From contig JALEIY010000129.1 in assembly GCA_022769785.1 (NCBI GenBank), positions 1 to 53,115 of the forward strand: 53,115 bases of DNA, read 5' to 3'. The stretch's first letter is position 1, and every line of letters starts with the position of its first letter. This document shows positions 37,735 through 47,381 of this stretch, piece by piece. Origin of the DNA: Eubacterium sp. (GTDB taxonomy: Bacteria > Bacillota > Clostridia > Lachnospirales > Lachnospiraceae). The notes beneath the pieces were generated by a model. It was not told the origin of the DNA and did no database searches. It saw only the letters and a program-made list of their open reading frames with translations. The position numbers were made by a program, and so were the translations under genes.

Positions 37735-38511
37735 ATGAAAATTGGAATTATCACCGGCGCATCTTCCGGTATGGGAAAAGAATTTGTGAAGCTGACCATG
37801 AACGAAGAGGCAAAACTGGATGAAATCTGGGTGATTGCCCGTCGCAAAGAGCGACTTGAAGCATGGCCGAGACTCTATCGGAATCAGACCTTTCGTATTT
37901 TGCCCATGGATTTGCAAAAGGCAGAAGATTTAAAAAAGCTTCGTAATGAACTGGAGGATGTCCGACCGGAGATTTCCCTGTTTATTCATTGTGCCGGTTT
38001 TGGAATCATGGGGCGAATTGACGAGCTTTCCTGCGAAGAACAGGAGGAGATGGTCGACATAAACTGTAAAAGCGTAGTCAGTCTGACGACCATGGTTTTG
38101 CCATATATGTCGAAAGGTGCAAGGATGATTTATCTGGCCTCGGCCTCCGCATTCATGCCACAGCCGGGGTTTGCCGTATATGCAGCGACCAAAGCCTTTG
38201 CCTTAAGTTTTCTGCGCAGTTTGCGGGCGGAGCTTCGGGGACGCGGCATAAAAATAACCATCGTCTGTCCCGGCGCTGTAAAAACAGAGTTTTTTTCCCG
38301 GGCAGCGGGAAAAAATCATTTGCCTGCCTACAAAAAAATGGTGATGGCAGATCCCAAAAAAGTAGTAAAAAAAGCCTGGAAGGATAATCAGAATGACAAA
38401 GAAATCTCGGTTTACGGACGAATGATGCAGATGTTCCATGGGGTATCAAAAATCATCCCGCATAAAGTGATTCTTTATTTTATGGGCGGTGACAGGGAGT
38501 CGGAAATATGA
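37735..38511 (+). CDS. SDR-family oxidoreductase
   Basis: TGASSGMG and YAATK motifs. Confidence 0.9.
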   Translation: MKIGIITGASSGMGKEFVKLTMNEEAKLDEIWVIARRKERLEAWPRLYRNQTFRILPMDLQKAEDLKKLRNELEDVRPEISLFIHCAGFGIMGRIDELSCEEQEEMVDINCKSVVSLTTMVLPYMSKGARMIYLASASAFMPQPGFAVYAATKAFALSFLRSLRAELRGRGIKITIVCPGAVKTEFFSRAAGKNHLPAYKKMVMADPKKVVKKAWKDNQNDKEISVYGRMMQMFHGVSKIIPHKVILYFMGGDRESEI

Positions 38512-39545
38512 GAGAACTGGTGATTACAAAAAGAGAAGAGGGACAGAGACTGGACCGCTTTCTTTGCAAATATCTTCCGGAAGCACCATCCGGCTTTCTT
38601 CACAAAATGCTTCGGAAGAAAAATATCAAGCTGAATGATGGTAAGGCCGCAGGAAATGAAAAAATAAAGCAGGGAGACCGGATTCAGATTTATTTTTCCG
38701 AAGAAACCCTGGATAAATTTACGGGAAGGAATTCAAAGAAAGAAAAGACAACCCGGGCTCTCACACAAAAGCAAAAAGAACTTCGCGGTCAGGTAAAGGT
38801 TCTTTATGCCACGGAGGATGTGCTGATTTTGCATAAACCGGCGGGAATGCTTACGCAGAAAGCGGAAAAAGAAGACGATTCATTAAATGATTATCTGATC
38901 GATTATTGTCTGGAAAAAGGAATTCTTACGGAAGAAGGACTTACGGTCTTTCGGCCTTCCGTGGCAAACCGTCTGGACCGGAATACAAGCGGCATCGTCC
39001 TTTGCGGGATTTCCATGGCAGGTCTTCAGGCCCTCGGGCGGCTGATGAAGGAAAGAAACCTCGAAAAATATTATTTATGTCTGGTACACGGCCGGGTGGA
39101 ACAGGACCGGAAGCTGAAAGGCTGGCTGTTAAAGGATGAAAAAACAAACCGGGTGCGCCTCTTTTCCAAACCGGTAGAGGGAGCGGCTCCCATTGAGACC
39201 TGGTATCAGGTGCTGGAAAAAAGAGAAGAGGTCTCTCTTTTGAAAATTCGTCTGATTACCGGAAAAAGTCATCAGATTCGTGCACATCTGGCATCGGTGG
39301 GCCATCCGATTCTCGGAGACGGGAAATATGCATCCGGCAAGATGAATCAGGAAATGAAAAAAGAAGGAATCCGTTATCAGCTTTTACACAGTTATGAACT
39401 GAAGGTGCCGGATAATGTAAAAGGACTGCCGGAGGAACTTTCGGGGCTTCATATTACCGCGCCTTTGCCGTCAGAATTTCTGACAATAATGAAAAAGAAG
39501 GGTTTTTCAGAAGCACTGGTGAAACAGGAAGGACGCAGAAGATAA
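38508..39545 (+). CDS. RluA/RluC-family pseudouridine synthase
   Basis: QRLDRFL S4 domain, NRLDRNTSG, TGKSHQIR and PILGD motifs. Confidence 0.93.
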   Translation: MRELVITKREEGQRLDRFLCKYLPEAPSGFLHKMLRKKNIKLNDGKAAGNEKIKQGDRIQIYFSEETLDKFTGRNSKKEKTTRALTQKQKELRGQVKVLYATEDVLILHKPAGMLTQKAEKEDDSLNDYLIDYCLEKGILTEEGLTVFRPSVANRLDRNTSGIVLCGISMAGLQALGRLMKERNLEKYYLCLVHGRVEQDRKLKGWLLKDEKTNRVRLFSKPVEGAAPIETWYQVLEKREEVSLLKIRLITGKSHQIRAHLASVGHPILGDGKYASGKMNQEMKKEGIRYQLLHSYELKVPDNVKGLPEELSGLHITAPLPSEFLTIMKKKGFSEALVKQEGRRR

Positions 39546-39546
39546 A

Positions 39547-40113
39547 ATGGGGACATGGAATTCAAGAGGACTCCGGGGCTCAGTACTGGAGGAAATGATA
39601 AACTTTACCAATCAGAAATACCGGGAAAAAAATCTGGCATTGCTTCAGAAGGTGCCAACACCAATTACCCCGGTCCGTTTTGACAAGGAAAGCCGACATA
39701 TTACTCTTGCCTATTTTGAAAAAAAAAGTACGGTGGATTATATTGGTGCGGTTCAGGGGATTCCTGTCTGCTTTGATGCCAAAGAATGTGCGGTCGATAC
39801 TTTCCCCCTTCAAAATATACATACTCATCAGGTTGAATTTATGAAAGCCTTTGAAAAACAGGGAGGTATCAGCTTTCTGCTCATCTATTTTACCCACAGA
39901 CAGGAGTGCTATTACCTTCGTTTTCATGAAATGATACATTACTGGGAGCGGATGAAGGCAGGAGGGAAAAAGCATTTCAAATACGAAGAGCTTTCTTCGG
40001 AGTATTTTGTTCCGTCGGGGGGCGGCGTGATGCTTCATTATCTGGAATGTATGAAAAAAGACCTGGCTGACCGGGATAAAAGAGGGGAACAGGAAACCGC
40101 CTTTTTTGATTGA
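39547..40113 (+). CDS. recU: Holliday junction resolvase
   Basis: RG..LE, KVPTP, STVDY and FDAKE motifs. Confidence 0.93.
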   Translation: MGTWNSRGLRGSVLEEMINFTNQKYREKNLALLQKVPTPITPVRFDKESRHITLAYFEKKSTVDYIGAVQGIPVCFDAKECAVDTFPLQNIHTHQVEFMKAFEKQGGISFLLIYFTHRQECYYLRFHEMIHYWERMKAGGKKHFKYEELSSEYFVPSGGGVMLHYLECMKKDLADRDKRGEQETAFFD

Positions 40114-40138
40114 CGAAGTGATACTTTTCCGATATAAT
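40110..40138 (+). promoter_or_regulatory. Sigma-A promoter of yloC-remA-gmk-rpoZ
   Basis: TTGACG-17-TATAAT. Confidence 0.8.
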
Positions 40139-40172
40139 AAAATTCTATTATTTTGCATTTGAGGTGAGAAAA

Positions 40173-41051
40173 GTGATAAAAAGCATGACGGGATTTGGCC
40201 GCAGCGAGATTGCCACGGAAGAATGTAAGATTGCCGTGGAAATAAAAGCAGTCAATCACAGATACTGTGACTTAAGTATTAAGCTGCCCAAAAAGCTGAA
40301 TGCGCTGGAAGCGGCGGTACGCGGGCAGGTAAAGCAGGCAGTGGGTCGTGGAAAGATTGATATATATATCAGCTATGAGGATTTGACGGAGCATAACAGT
40401 ACGGTACGACTGAATGAAAGTCTGGGATGCGAGTACAAAAGAGCCATTGAGGCGTTGGGACAGCTCCTTGAGGTTCCCGATGATGTAACTGCGATGAAGA
40501 TTGCGAGACTTCCGGAAGTAATGACCCTGGAAGAAACCGCCAGAGATTTGGAAGGGGTTGCCAGAACCCTGGAAGAAGCGGTTGCACAGGCGCTTGTTCA
40601 GTTTTCGGAAAGCCGTCGGAAAGAGGGAGAGCATCTGAAACTGGATATTCTGTCCAAGCTGGAGGATATGGATAAGAATATTACAGAGATTGAAAAGAGA
40701 TACCCGGCGATTGTCAGCGAATACAGAAAGAAGCTGGAGGATAAGGTGCATAATCTTCTGGAGGATGCCGGGGTTGATGAGAGCCGGCTGGCGACAGAGG
40801 TCGTGATTTATGCAGATAAGATTTGTGTGGATGAGGAGACCGTAAGACTTCGCAGTCACACAAAAAATATGACAGACGAGCTTCAAAAAGGAGGCAGCGT
40901 CGGAAGAAAGCTTGATTTTATCGCACAGGAAATGAACCGTGAAGCCAATACCATTTTGTCAAAGGCCAACGACATTGAGATTTCCAACTGTGCCATCGAG
41001 CTGAAAACTGAGATTGAAAAAATCCGTGAACAGGTTCAGAATATAGAATAA
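40173..41051 (+). CDS. yloC: YicC/YloC-family endoribonuclease
   Basis: SMTGFG, VNHRY, GRKLDF..QEMNREANT and REQVQNIE; GTG start after GAGGTG. Confidence 0.94.
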   Translation: MIKSMTGFGRSEIATEECKIAVEIKAVNHRYCDLSIKLPKKLNALEAAVRGQVKQAVGRGKIDIYISYEDLTEHNSTVRLNESLGCEYKRAIEALGQLLEVPDDVTAMKIARLPEVMTLEETARDLEGVARTLEEAVAQALVQFSESRRKEGEHLKLDILSKLEDMDKNITEIEKRYPAIVSEYRKKLEDKVHNLLEDAGVDESRLATEVVIYADKICVDEETVRLRSHTKNMTDELQKGGSVGRKLDFIAQEMNREANTILSKANDIEISNCAIELKTEIEKIREQVQNIE

Positions 41052-41066
41052 AAGAATGGGGACAAT

Positions 41067-41339
41067 ATGGCTCATTTGATTAATATTGGATTTGGGAATA
41101 TGGTAAACGGAGACAAAATTGTCTCCATGGTCAGTACCGAAGCCGCCCCGATAAAGCGGATGATTCAGACATCCCGGGATGAGGGAAAGGCAGTGGATGC
41201 CACCTGCGGACGAAGAACCCGGACCGCCCTTGTGATGGAAAGCGGCCATGTGGTATTGTCGGCACTTACCACAGAGACCATCGCCGCCCGGTGCTTTGAC
41301 CGGAAAAATGAGGCGAGAGAGGAAGAAAATCATGGATAA
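41067..41339 (+). CDS. remA: RemA/DUF370-family protein
   Basis: LINIGFGN, APIKR and DATCGRRTR; position before gmk. Confidence 0.92.
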   Translation: MAHLINIGFGNMVNGDKIVSMVSTEAAPIKRMIQTSRDEGKAVDATCGRRTRTALVMESGHVVLSALTTETIAARCFDRKNEAREEENHG

Positions 41340-41958
41340 AAAAGGTATGTTGGTTGTCATTTCCGGTTTTTCCGGTGTCGGGAAAGGAACGGTTTCCAGA
41401 GCCCTTGTGGAAAAATACGGTTACAGTCTGTCCGTTTCTGCCACAACAAGGCAGCCGAGAAAAGGGGAAGTAGACGGAAAAGATTATTATTTTAAATCAG
41501 AAGAAGATTTTCTTCGTCTGATTGATTATAATGGATTTATCGAATACGCACAGTATGTGGAACACTATTACGGTACGCCGAGAAAATTCGTGGAAGACGA
41601 GCTGGCGGCCGGTCATGTGGTTATCCTGGAGATTGAAGTGCAGGGTGCCATGAAGATTAAAGAGCAGTATCCGAATGCGGTGTTATTATTTGTGACAGCG
41701 CCTTCTATCGGAGAACTGAAAGCCCGTCTTGAGGGCAGAGGCACCGAGGAAGCTGCAGTAATTGAAAAGAGAATGCGTCGTGCCGCAGAAGAAGCGGAAA
41801 GCATTTCCTGTTATGAGTATCTCGTCTGTAACGAAGACGGTCAACTGGAAAAATGCATGGACACGATTCATTCCATTATTGAGAAAGAATCCTGTCGTGT
41901 TTCGGCACAGGCAGAATTTGTAAAAAGCTTAAAAGAAGGTCTGAAAGATTATCTTTAA
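41332..41958 (+). CDS. gmk: Guanylate kinase
   Basis: SGFSGVGKGT, SATTR.PR.GE and YYGT motifs. Confidence 0.96.
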   Translation: MDKKGMLVVISGFSGVGKGTVSRALVEKYGYSLSVSATTRQPRKGEVDGKDYYFKSEEDFLRLIDYNGFIEYAQYVEHYYGTPRKFVEDELAAGHVVILEIEVQGAMKIKEQYPNAVLLFVTAPSIGELKARLEGRGTEEAAVIEKRMRRAAEEAESISCYEYLVCNEDGQLEKCMDTIHSIIEKESCRVSAQAEFVKSLKEGLKDYL

Positions 41959-41994
41959 AGACATGGAATAGAATGTGCAGAAAGGAGCATAATT

Positions 41995-42300
41995 ATGTTA
42001 CATCCATCCTATACAGAACTTATGGACAAAATTAACGGAGAAGAAAACAGAGGGGAAGAGCCGGCAATTAACAGCCGCTATTCTATTGTTATTGCCACAT
42101 CAAAACGGGCGAGAGAGCTGATTGCCGGAAAAGAACCGCTGGAAGATAACATGGAAGGAGAGAAGCCTCTCTCTATCGCAGTACGCGAGCTTTATGACTC
42201 AAAGATTAAGATTCTTCCGGAAAGTGAGGAAGAGTTTGATGAGGATATTCTTGACTATGAAGAACTGCCGGAGGAAGAACCGGAAAGCGAAGATTTTTAA
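41995..42300 (+). CDS. rpoZ: RNA polymerase omega subunit
   Basis: MLHPS, SRYSIVIATSKRAR and KPLSIA motifs; follows gmk. Confidence 0.94.
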   Translation: MLHPSYTELMDKINGEENRGEEPAINSRYSIVIATSKRARELIAGKEPLEDNMEGEKPLSIAVRELYDSKIKILPESEEEFDEDILDYEELPEEEPESEDF

Positions 42301-42310
42301 ACAAGTATAG

Positions 42311-42367
42311 AGAAAAAGGATTGCCGCAAACATATATATTTCCATTTGCCGCAGTCCTTTTTTCTTT
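42311..42367 (+). terminator. Intrinsic terminator after rpoZ
   Basis: AAAAAGGATTGC-C-GCAAA...TTTGC-C-GCAGTCCTTTTTT. Confidence 0.7.
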
Positions 42368-42426
42368 CATAATGAAAGGAAAAACAGACGGAAGGCTTTT
42401 TCGTCTGTAAGAATAAAAAAGAAGCA

Positions 42427-42993
42427 ATGAAACAAAACAGGGTAACAGGACAATTTATATTTTATATGCTGACGCTACTTGCAGTGTTGGTGATGCTTAT
42501 GGTTATTTTCGGTTTTTCCGCGGAAAATGCCGTACTCTCTTCGGAAAGAAGCGGAAGCATTACCATGAGAATTTTAGATGCAGCCAGCCGGTGGTTTCAC
42601 ATAAAAATCAGTCAGTCAGCGGCAAGGGGCTGGCAGAAGATTCTGGAAACGCCCCTTCGAAAGAGTGCGCATTTTATGGAATATGCACTGCTGTCATATC
42701 TTGTAAACTGGCATATGCTGGCGAGAAAGATGTATAAAGAACCGGATTTTTTCATGAAAAACCGGAAGCAGGCGATAACAATTCTTAAAAGAGAACTTTG
42801 CCTCGGCCTTTTGTTTTGTGTATGCTATGCCATAAGTGACGAGCTCCATCAGCTTTTTGTTCCGGGACGCGCAGGAAGATTATTTGATGTCTGTGTGGAC
42901 GGAGCGGGGGCCTGCTTTGGAATGGTAATATTCTTGACGATGCCGTTGCAAAAGGTTACAATGATTAGGAAAGAAAGGAAGGATGCTTTATGA
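42427..42993 (+). CDS. VanZ-family membrane protein
   Basis: IFGFSA, RKSAHFMEY and YAISDELHQLFVPGR..DV..D motifs. Confidence 0.9.
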   Translation: MKQNRVTGQFIFYMLTLLAVLVMLMVIFGFSAENAVLSSERSGSITMRILDAASRWFHIKISQSAARGWQKILETPLRKSAHFMEYALLSYLVNWHMLARKMYKEPDFFMKNRKQAITILKRELCLGLLFCVCYAISDELHQLFVPGRAGRLFDVCVDGAGACFGMVIFLTMPLQKVTMIRKERKDAL

Positions 42994-44450
42994 AGTGCAG
43001 TAAATTATTAGAGAATTTAACATATAAAGTATTAAGTGGAAGTACAGAAACTGAGATTTGTGCAGTGGTCAATGATTCCAGAAAACTGGAAGAGGGATGT
43101 CTTTTTATCTGCGTTCGCGGTGCCTCTTTTGACGGACACAGCTTTGCGGCAGAAGCAGTAAAAAAGGGTGCTGCCGCTCTTTTGGTAGAAGAGCCGGTGG
43201 AGGTTCCGGAGAATGTGACTGTCATTCAGGTGGAGAATACCCGCTATGCCATGGCTCTTGTTTCTGCAGCCTGGTTTGGCTGCCCGGACAGGGAGCTTAC
43301 CACCATTGCAGTTACGGGAACAAAAGGAAAGACAACAACCACATATATGATTCGTTCCCTGCTGGAACAGGCAGGCCACAAGGTCGGAGTCATCGGTACT
43401 ATCGAGGTGGTCATCGGGGACGAGCATATTCCGGTAAATAATACAACACCGGAATCCTATGACATTCACAGATATTTCAGACAGATGGTGGATGCCGGCT
43501 GTGATGCCGTAGTAATGGAAGCATCCTCCCAGGGCTTTAAGCTGGACAGAACCGCAGGTATTATTTTTGATTACGGCCTGTTTACCAATCTGTCTCCGGA
43601 CCATATCGGACCGAACGAGCACGCAGATTTCGCAGAATATTTAAGCTGTAAGGCGAAGCTGTTTACCCAGTGTAAAAAGGGATTTGCCAATATAGATGAT
43701 GAGCATTACGAGGAAGTGACAAAAGGAGCCCTCTGTCCTGTTTCCACCTTTGGTCTGGCCGAAAGAGCGGATTTGCGGGCGACAGATATCGAGCTGACAA
43801 GAGATACGGATTTTCTCGGTGTGGATTTTAACTTAAGCGGTACCCTGGAAGGAAAGGTATCCTGTGGTGTGCCGGGAACCTTTAATGTTCACAATGCCCT
43901 CGGAGCAATCAGTGTCGTGGCGGATATGGGTGTTTCTCTTTCTGACATTTGTCAGGTGCTTAAGAACTTTACGGTAAAAGGCCGTGTACAGATTATTCCG
44001 ACAGGATATGACTATACACTGATTGTGGATTATGCCCATAATGCAGTGGCTTTGGAGAGTATTTTACATACCCTTCGGGCATATCATCCGGCAAGGCTTA
44101 TCAGTCTGTTTGGCTGTGGCGGCAATCGTTCGAAGCTGCGCAGATTTGAGATGGGCGAGGTGTCCGGCAATCTGGCAGACCTTACGGTAATTACTTCAGA
44201 TAACCCAAGATTTGAAGAACCGCAGGCTATCATTGATGATATCTTAACCGGAATCAAAAAGACGGATGGCGAATATATTTCCATTATCGACCGCCGGGAA
44301 GCGATTTCCTACGTTATGCATCATGCGCAGCCGGGAGATATTGTTGTTCTGGCAGGAAAAGGTCATGAGACCTATCAGGAGATTGAAGGAAAGAAATATC
44401 ACATGAGCGAGGAAGAAATCGTTGCGGATGTTTTGAACGGAAAATATTAA
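42990..44450 (+). CDS. murE: UDP-MurNAc-L-Ala-D-Glu:meso-DAP ligase
   Basis: GTKGKTT, DYAHN, FGCGG, SDNPR (DAP-specific DNPR) and AGKGHE motifs. Confidence 0.96.
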   Translation: MKCSKLLENLTYKVLSGSTETEICAVVNDSRKLEEGCLFICVRGASFDGHSFAAEAVKKGAAALLVEEPVEVPENVTVIQVENTRYAMALVSAAWFGCPDRELTTIAVTGTKGKTTTTYMIRSLLEQAGHKVGVIGTIEVVIGDEHIPVNNTTPESYDIHRYFRQMVDAGCDAVVMEASSQGFKLDRTAGIIFDYGLFTNLSPDHIGPNEHADFAEYLSCKAKLFTQCKKGFANIDDEHYEEVTKGALCPVSTFGLAERADLRATDIELTRDTDFLGVDFNLSGTLEGKVSCGVPGTFNVHNALGAISVVADMGVSLSDICQVLKNFTVKGRVQIIPTGYDYTLIVDYAHNAVALESILHTLRAYHPARLISLFGCGGNRSKLRRFEMGEVSGNLADLTVITSDNPRFEEPQAIIDDILTGIKKTDGEYISIIDRREAISYVMHHAQPGDIVVLAGKGHETYQEIEGKKYHMSEEEIVADVLNGKY

Positions 44451-44471
44451 ACTGTTTTAAAGGGAAAATAT

Positions 44472-46703
44472 ATGGGACAATTATTTGCAGATATAATTAT
44501 TGATATTTCTCATGAGGCACTTGACCGGGTATTTGAGTACAGAGTGCCTTTTTCCCTGTCCGGGCAGATTGCACCCGGATGTCGGGTATGCGTTCCCTTC
44601 GGTCAGGGAAACCGTGAGACAGAAGGCTATGTCGTTGCTCTCAAAACAGAACCGGAATATGCACCGGAAAAGATTAAAGAGATTCTTTCGGTGGTGGCAG
44701 ACAGCGTTTCTGTGGAATCTCAGCTCATAAAAGTGGCTGATTTCTTACGAAAACGATATGGTTCCTCCATGATTCAGGCCCTTCGCACCGTTCTTCCGGT
44801 GAAAAAGAAGGTGCGCCATAAAGAAGAAGAATGGATTTCTCTCTGCCTGGAAAATGCTCAGGCGGAAGAACTTCTTGCCAATTGGGAAAAAAGGCACTGG
44901 AGTGCCAGAAGCCGGCTTCTTACGATGCTGTTAAAGGAAAAAACAATTTCCGCTCAGGATGCCTTAAAACAATGTAAAGTTGCCAGAAAAGACCTGAAAA
45001 AACTGGAGGAACAGGGAGTCCTGTGTTTTGCTGCAAAGCAGAAAAAAGACTTTGTGCCGGACCCTTCGAAGATTCCTGTGCTCAATCCGGAACAGAAAAA
45101 TGTGGTGGAGCATTTTCTGGAAGATTATGACCGGGGGGAGCGGAAAACCTATCTTTTGTACGGAGTCACCGGCAGCGGAAAGACAGAAGTCTATCTTAAT
45201 CTGCTGGAACATATTTTAAAAGAAGGAAAAACAGGAATTGTGTTAATTCCGGAGATTTCACTCACCTTTCAGACGGTAAGACGTTTTCGGGAGAGGTTTG
45301 GAGAACGTATTGCCCTGCTTCATTCCCGGATGTCCGGAGGAGAACGGACGCAGGCGATAGAACGTATTGCTTCCGGGGAAGCGGATGTGGTCATCGGTCC
45401 ACGGTCTGCACTTTTTGCGCCGCTGAAAAATCTGGGAATAATTATTATGGATGAAGAGCATGATGGCGCTTACAAAAGTGATACCACTCCCAAATACCAT
45501 GCCAGAGAAACTGCGATTTACCGGGCGAAGCTGGCCGGAGCCAGTGTGGTACTAGGATCTGCCACACCGTCAGTGGAAAGCTATTCCAGGGCATTAAGCG
45601 GTGAATATGTTCTCCTTACCCTGAAAAAAAGGGCGGGAGATGCCAGACTTCCTCTGGTAGAGACGGTGGATTTACGGGAAGAATTTAAAGAAGGAAACCG
45701 CTCGATGTTCAGCCGCAGACTGCGGGAAGAAATCAATCGCTGTCTTGCCAGAAAAGAACAGATTATGCTGTTTTTAAACCGGCGGGGCTTTGCGGGCTTT
45801 GTTTCCTGCAGGAGCTGCGGACATGTGATAAAATGTCCCCACTGTGATGTCTCCCTGACCTATCACCGAAACGGCAGCTTACGATGCCATTATTGCGGCT
45901 TCGAAACGCAGTATATCCGGCAGTGTCCGGTCTGCAAAAGCCCTCATGTGGCAGCCTTTGGCCTTGGGACAGAGAAGGTGGAGGCGGCCATTAAGAAAGA
46001 ATTTCCGGAAGCGGGAGTGCTCCGGATGGATATGGATACCACGAGAAAAAAACATTCCCATGAAGAGATTCTTTCTGCCTTTTCCAGAAAAGAGGCTGAT
46101 ATTTTGCTGGGAACCCAGATGATTGTCAAGGGGCATGATTATGCCAATGTGACTCTGGTGGGCATTCTGGCAGCGGATATGTCTCTTCACGGGCCGGATT
46201 ACCGGAGCGGAGAGCGTACCTTTCAGCTTCTTTGTCAGGCGGCCGGACGGGCAGGAAGAGGAGAAAAGGAAGGAAAGGTTATTATACAGACCTATAACCC
46301 GGAACATTATGCCCTGCAGGCAGCGGCCCATCATTCTTATGAAGAATTTTACAGAGAAGAATATGCTTACCGCAGGCTGATGGGGTATCCGCCCTGTGCG
46401 CATTTTCTGGTGATTTTAATACAGAGTGGAGACGAATCTCAGGCTGTGCTTGCTGCCGGAAGGATTCAGAAAATGATTGAAAAAAGCCAGGAGAAAGAAG
46501 AAGACCGGGTGCTCATCTTAAATCCCGGGCAGGCCGTGATTGCAAAAATGCGGGATGTATACCGGCAGGTGATTTACGTAAGACACGAGTCGGAACAGAG
46601 ACTTTTGTCTCTCAGAGAACGGCTGGAGCCGGTACTGGCTTCCCATCCGGTTTTTGCCGGGATACAGGTGCAGTATGACCTGGACCCGATGAATTTTATG
46701 TAA
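44472..46703 (+). CDS. priA: Primosomal protein N'
   Basis: GVTGSGKT, DEEH, SATPS, four CxxC motifs and QAAGRAGR. Confidence 0.97.
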   Translation: MGQLFADIIIDISHEALDRVFEYRVPFSLSGQIAPGCRVCVPFGQGNRETEGYVVALKTEPEYAPEKIKEILSVVADSVSVESQLIKVADFLRKRYGSSMIQALRTVLPVKKKVRHKEEEWISLCLENAQAEELLANWEKRHWSARSRLLTMLLKEKTISAQDALKQCKVARKDLKKLEEQGVLCFAAKQKKDFVPDPSKIPVLNPEQKNVVEHFLEDYDRGERKTYLLYGVTGSGKTEVYLNLLEHILKEGKTGIVLIPEISLTFQTVRRFRERFGERIALLHSRMSGGERTQAIERIASGEADVVIGPRSALFAPLKNLGIIIMDEEHDGAYKSDTTPKYHARETAIYRAKLAGASVVLGSATPSVESYSRALSGEYVLLTLKKRAGDARLPLVETVDLREEFKEGNRSMFSRRLREEINRCLARKEQIMLFLNRRGFAGFVSCRSCGHVIKCPHCDVSLTYHRNGSLRCHYCGFETQYIRQCPVCKSPHVAAFGLGTEKVEAAIKKEFPEAGVLRMDMDTTRKKHSHEEILSAFSRKEADILLGTQMIVKGHDYANVTLVGILAADMSLHGPDYRSGERTFQLLCQAAGRAGRGEKEGKVIIQTYNPEHYALQAAAHHSYEEFYREEYAYRRLMGYPPCAHFLVILIQSGDESQAVLAAGRIQKMIEKSQEKEEDRVLILNPGQAVIAKMRDVYRQVIYVRHESEQRLLSLRERLEPVLASHPVFAGIQVQYDLDPMNFM

Positions 46704-46895
46704 GGCTCCGGCAGATGGAATCGAAAATTTTTATACATTTAGGGATAAGATAAGCCGGAATTGCCTGCTTTACGAAGACAGGATTCCTGTGGTATTATAA
46801 TATGATGCATGATTAACAGAGAAAACAACGATGCTCATCCCGCCGAAAGCCGGGGAGTATTACAGTAAAAATAAAAGAAAAATCAGGAGGAAATT

Positions 46896-47381
46896 ATGGC
46901 TATTCGAAAGATTCGTTACATTGGCGATCCGTGTCTGCAGAAAGTATGTAAACCGGTGACCAAAATAACACCGTCAATAAGAGAACTGGTAGAGGATATG
47001 TTTGACACCATGTATGAGGCAAGAGGAGTGGGACTTGCTGCTCCGCAGGTAGGTATTTTACGCCGGATTTGTGTAGTGGATGTTATGGATGATGATCCGA
47101 TTTTACTGATTAATCCGGAAGTGGTGGAAGCGACTGGAGAACAGACCGATGATGAGGGCTGCTTAAGCGTACCGGGCAAATGTGCAAAAGTGACAAGAGC
47201 AGACCATGTAGTCGTGAAATCCCTGGATCTTGACATGAATGAAGTGATTTATGAAGGAGACGGCCTCCGGGCGAGAGCCATTCTTCATGAGATGGACCAT
47301 CTGAACGGCGTTCTTTACGGAGAACGTGCCAGCGAGCCATACAGAGATTTGGATGAAGAGGAAGACTGGGAAGAAGAATGA
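46896..47381 (+). CDS. def: Peptide deformylase
   Basis: GVGLAAPQ, EGCLS and HEMDH motifs. Confidence 0.97.
   Translation: MAIRKIRYIGDPCLQKVCKPVTKITPSIRELVEDMFDTMYEARGVGLAAPQVGILRRICVVDVMDDDPILLINPEVVEATGEQTDDEGCLSVPGKCAKVTRADHVVVKSLDLDMNEVIYEGDGLRARAILHEMDHLNGVLYGERASEPYRDLDEEEDWEEE

Noticed and set aside
42427-42993. vanZ as a glycopeptide-resistance locus
   Set aside because: VanZ-family proteins are widespread; no vanHAX/vanRS genes are present and the gene is coupled to housekeeping murE.
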